Below, piece after piece: positions 49,633 to 50,006 of a DNA stretch of 50,006 nucleotides. Origin of the DNA: a virus; IMG/VR virus record IMGVR_UViG_3300029813_000039, positions 1 to 50,006 of that record; one strand, written 5' to 3'. Made by a program: the position numbers and the translations under genes. Position 1 is the stretch's first letter; every line of letters begins with the position of its first letter. Below the pieces are notes generated by a model that had not been told where the DNA came from, made no database searches, and worked only from the letters and a program-made list of their open reading frames with translations.

Positions 49633-50006
49633 TAGTTCCAATACCCCAATGCCTTGCCTTGTTCATATGCTTCGCGGGTTCCCTGTGTACGCAGTTCTAC
49701 TGCTGTTGGTTGTTGTCGTTGAATAGGTCCTGGTCGTTGTCGTGCAGGTTGCCGCCGAACAGGTTTCTTATAAGATTCAACAGCCTTATCACTGAATGTT
49801 CCACCAACAGTTCCAGGTTGAATTATTCTATGTTTAATACCAGGGACTCCAACGATTTCCATTTCACGTTCTTTTATTTCTTTTAGTTCTTGTTGCCAGA
49901 AACTTTGATTCTGTAAATCTTCTTCAGTAACATCACGCCAAGCACCTATTTCGCCTTCTTTTTTAGCAGGTAAACTGTAGTCAAGGAATTGTGTTTTACG
50001 TTTTTC
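49632..50006 (-). CDS. C-terminal part of the junction-spanning gene (same gene as 1-696; 49866-50006 duplicates 1-141)
   Basis: Open in frame from the right edge to TAA 49634-49632. The track shows only the internal-Met fragment 49632..49862. Confidence 0.7.
   Translation of the reverse strand, partial: EKRKTQFLDYSLPAKKEGEIGAWRDVTEEDLQNQSFWQQELKEIKEREMEIVGVPGIKHRIIQPGTVGGTFSDKAVESYKKPVRRQPARQRPGPIQRQQPTAVELRTQGTREAYEQGKALGYWN
49866..50006. repeat. Terminal overlap copy 2: identical to 1-141
   Basis: Same comparison as above. Unique genome length is therefore 49,865 bp. Confidence 0.95.

Noticed and set aside
1-50006. Genome-wide stop-codon reassignment (suppressor-type recoding), suggested by in-frame stops at 28436, 44623 and 3935
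   Set aside because: TAA, TAG and TGA each terminate many well-supported genes here: TAA ends polA, TAG ends the primase-helicase and terL, and TGA ends the Cas4-like and VRR-NUC genes. I also saw no tRNA gene. The cases are better explained individually.
1-50006. Prophage or temperate lifestyle, CRISPR arrays, rRNA/tRNA genes
   Set aside because: No integrase, excisionase, CI/Cro-like pair, att-like flanks, spaced direct-repeat array or RNA-gene signatures were seen. The contig is closed on itself with no host genes.

Overview
The window is one complete tailed-phage (Caudoviricetes-like) genome. Bases 1-141 repeat exactly at 49866-50006, so the unique sequence is 49,865 bp and the map closes into a circle. 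One gene spans the junction.

There are two arms.
(1) A minus-strand late/structural arm runs from 22896 down to 1 and continues from 49865 down to 46244. It carries a secreted S1 protease, a small-terminase-like gene, the large terminase, portal, scaffold, major capsid protein and a decoration-like protein. Downstream are fibre and LamG proteins and large internal-virion-like proteins.
(2) A plus-strand early/replication arm spans 23207-46258.
- It starts with many tiny ORFs behind near-consensus sigma70-type promoters.
- It holds three paralogous HNH-like homing-endonuclease genes (one split by a nonsense codon), an AP2-HTH fusion and its sigma-region-4-like paralogue.
- Its replication genes are a HAD deoxyribonucleotidase, a DnaQ-like exonuclease, a family A DNA polymerase, a VRR-NUC nuclease and a Cas4-like Fe-S nuclease.
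- These are followed by an HD hydrolase, a Sak4-like ATPase, a Toprim-SF3 primase-helicase and a spanin-like lipoprotein.

I saw no tRNA, rRNA, CRISPR array, integrase, reverse transcriptase or recognisable endolysin/holin.

The observations most worth a second look:
- a 615-bp non-coding hub with iteron-like ATAGAC repeats and operator-overlapped promoters;
- two apparently leaderless early transcripts;
- the decaying/recombining homing-endonuclease family and the AP2-HTH fusion;
- a ~130-nt structured element upstream of the primase operon;
- a lysis apparatus not recognisable by eye (lipoprotein with C-terminal TM, tail-anchored membrane protein, exported trypsin-like protease).

All homology calls come from reading motifs by eye, with no database search. 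Gene starts are best guesses from SD/start-codon context.
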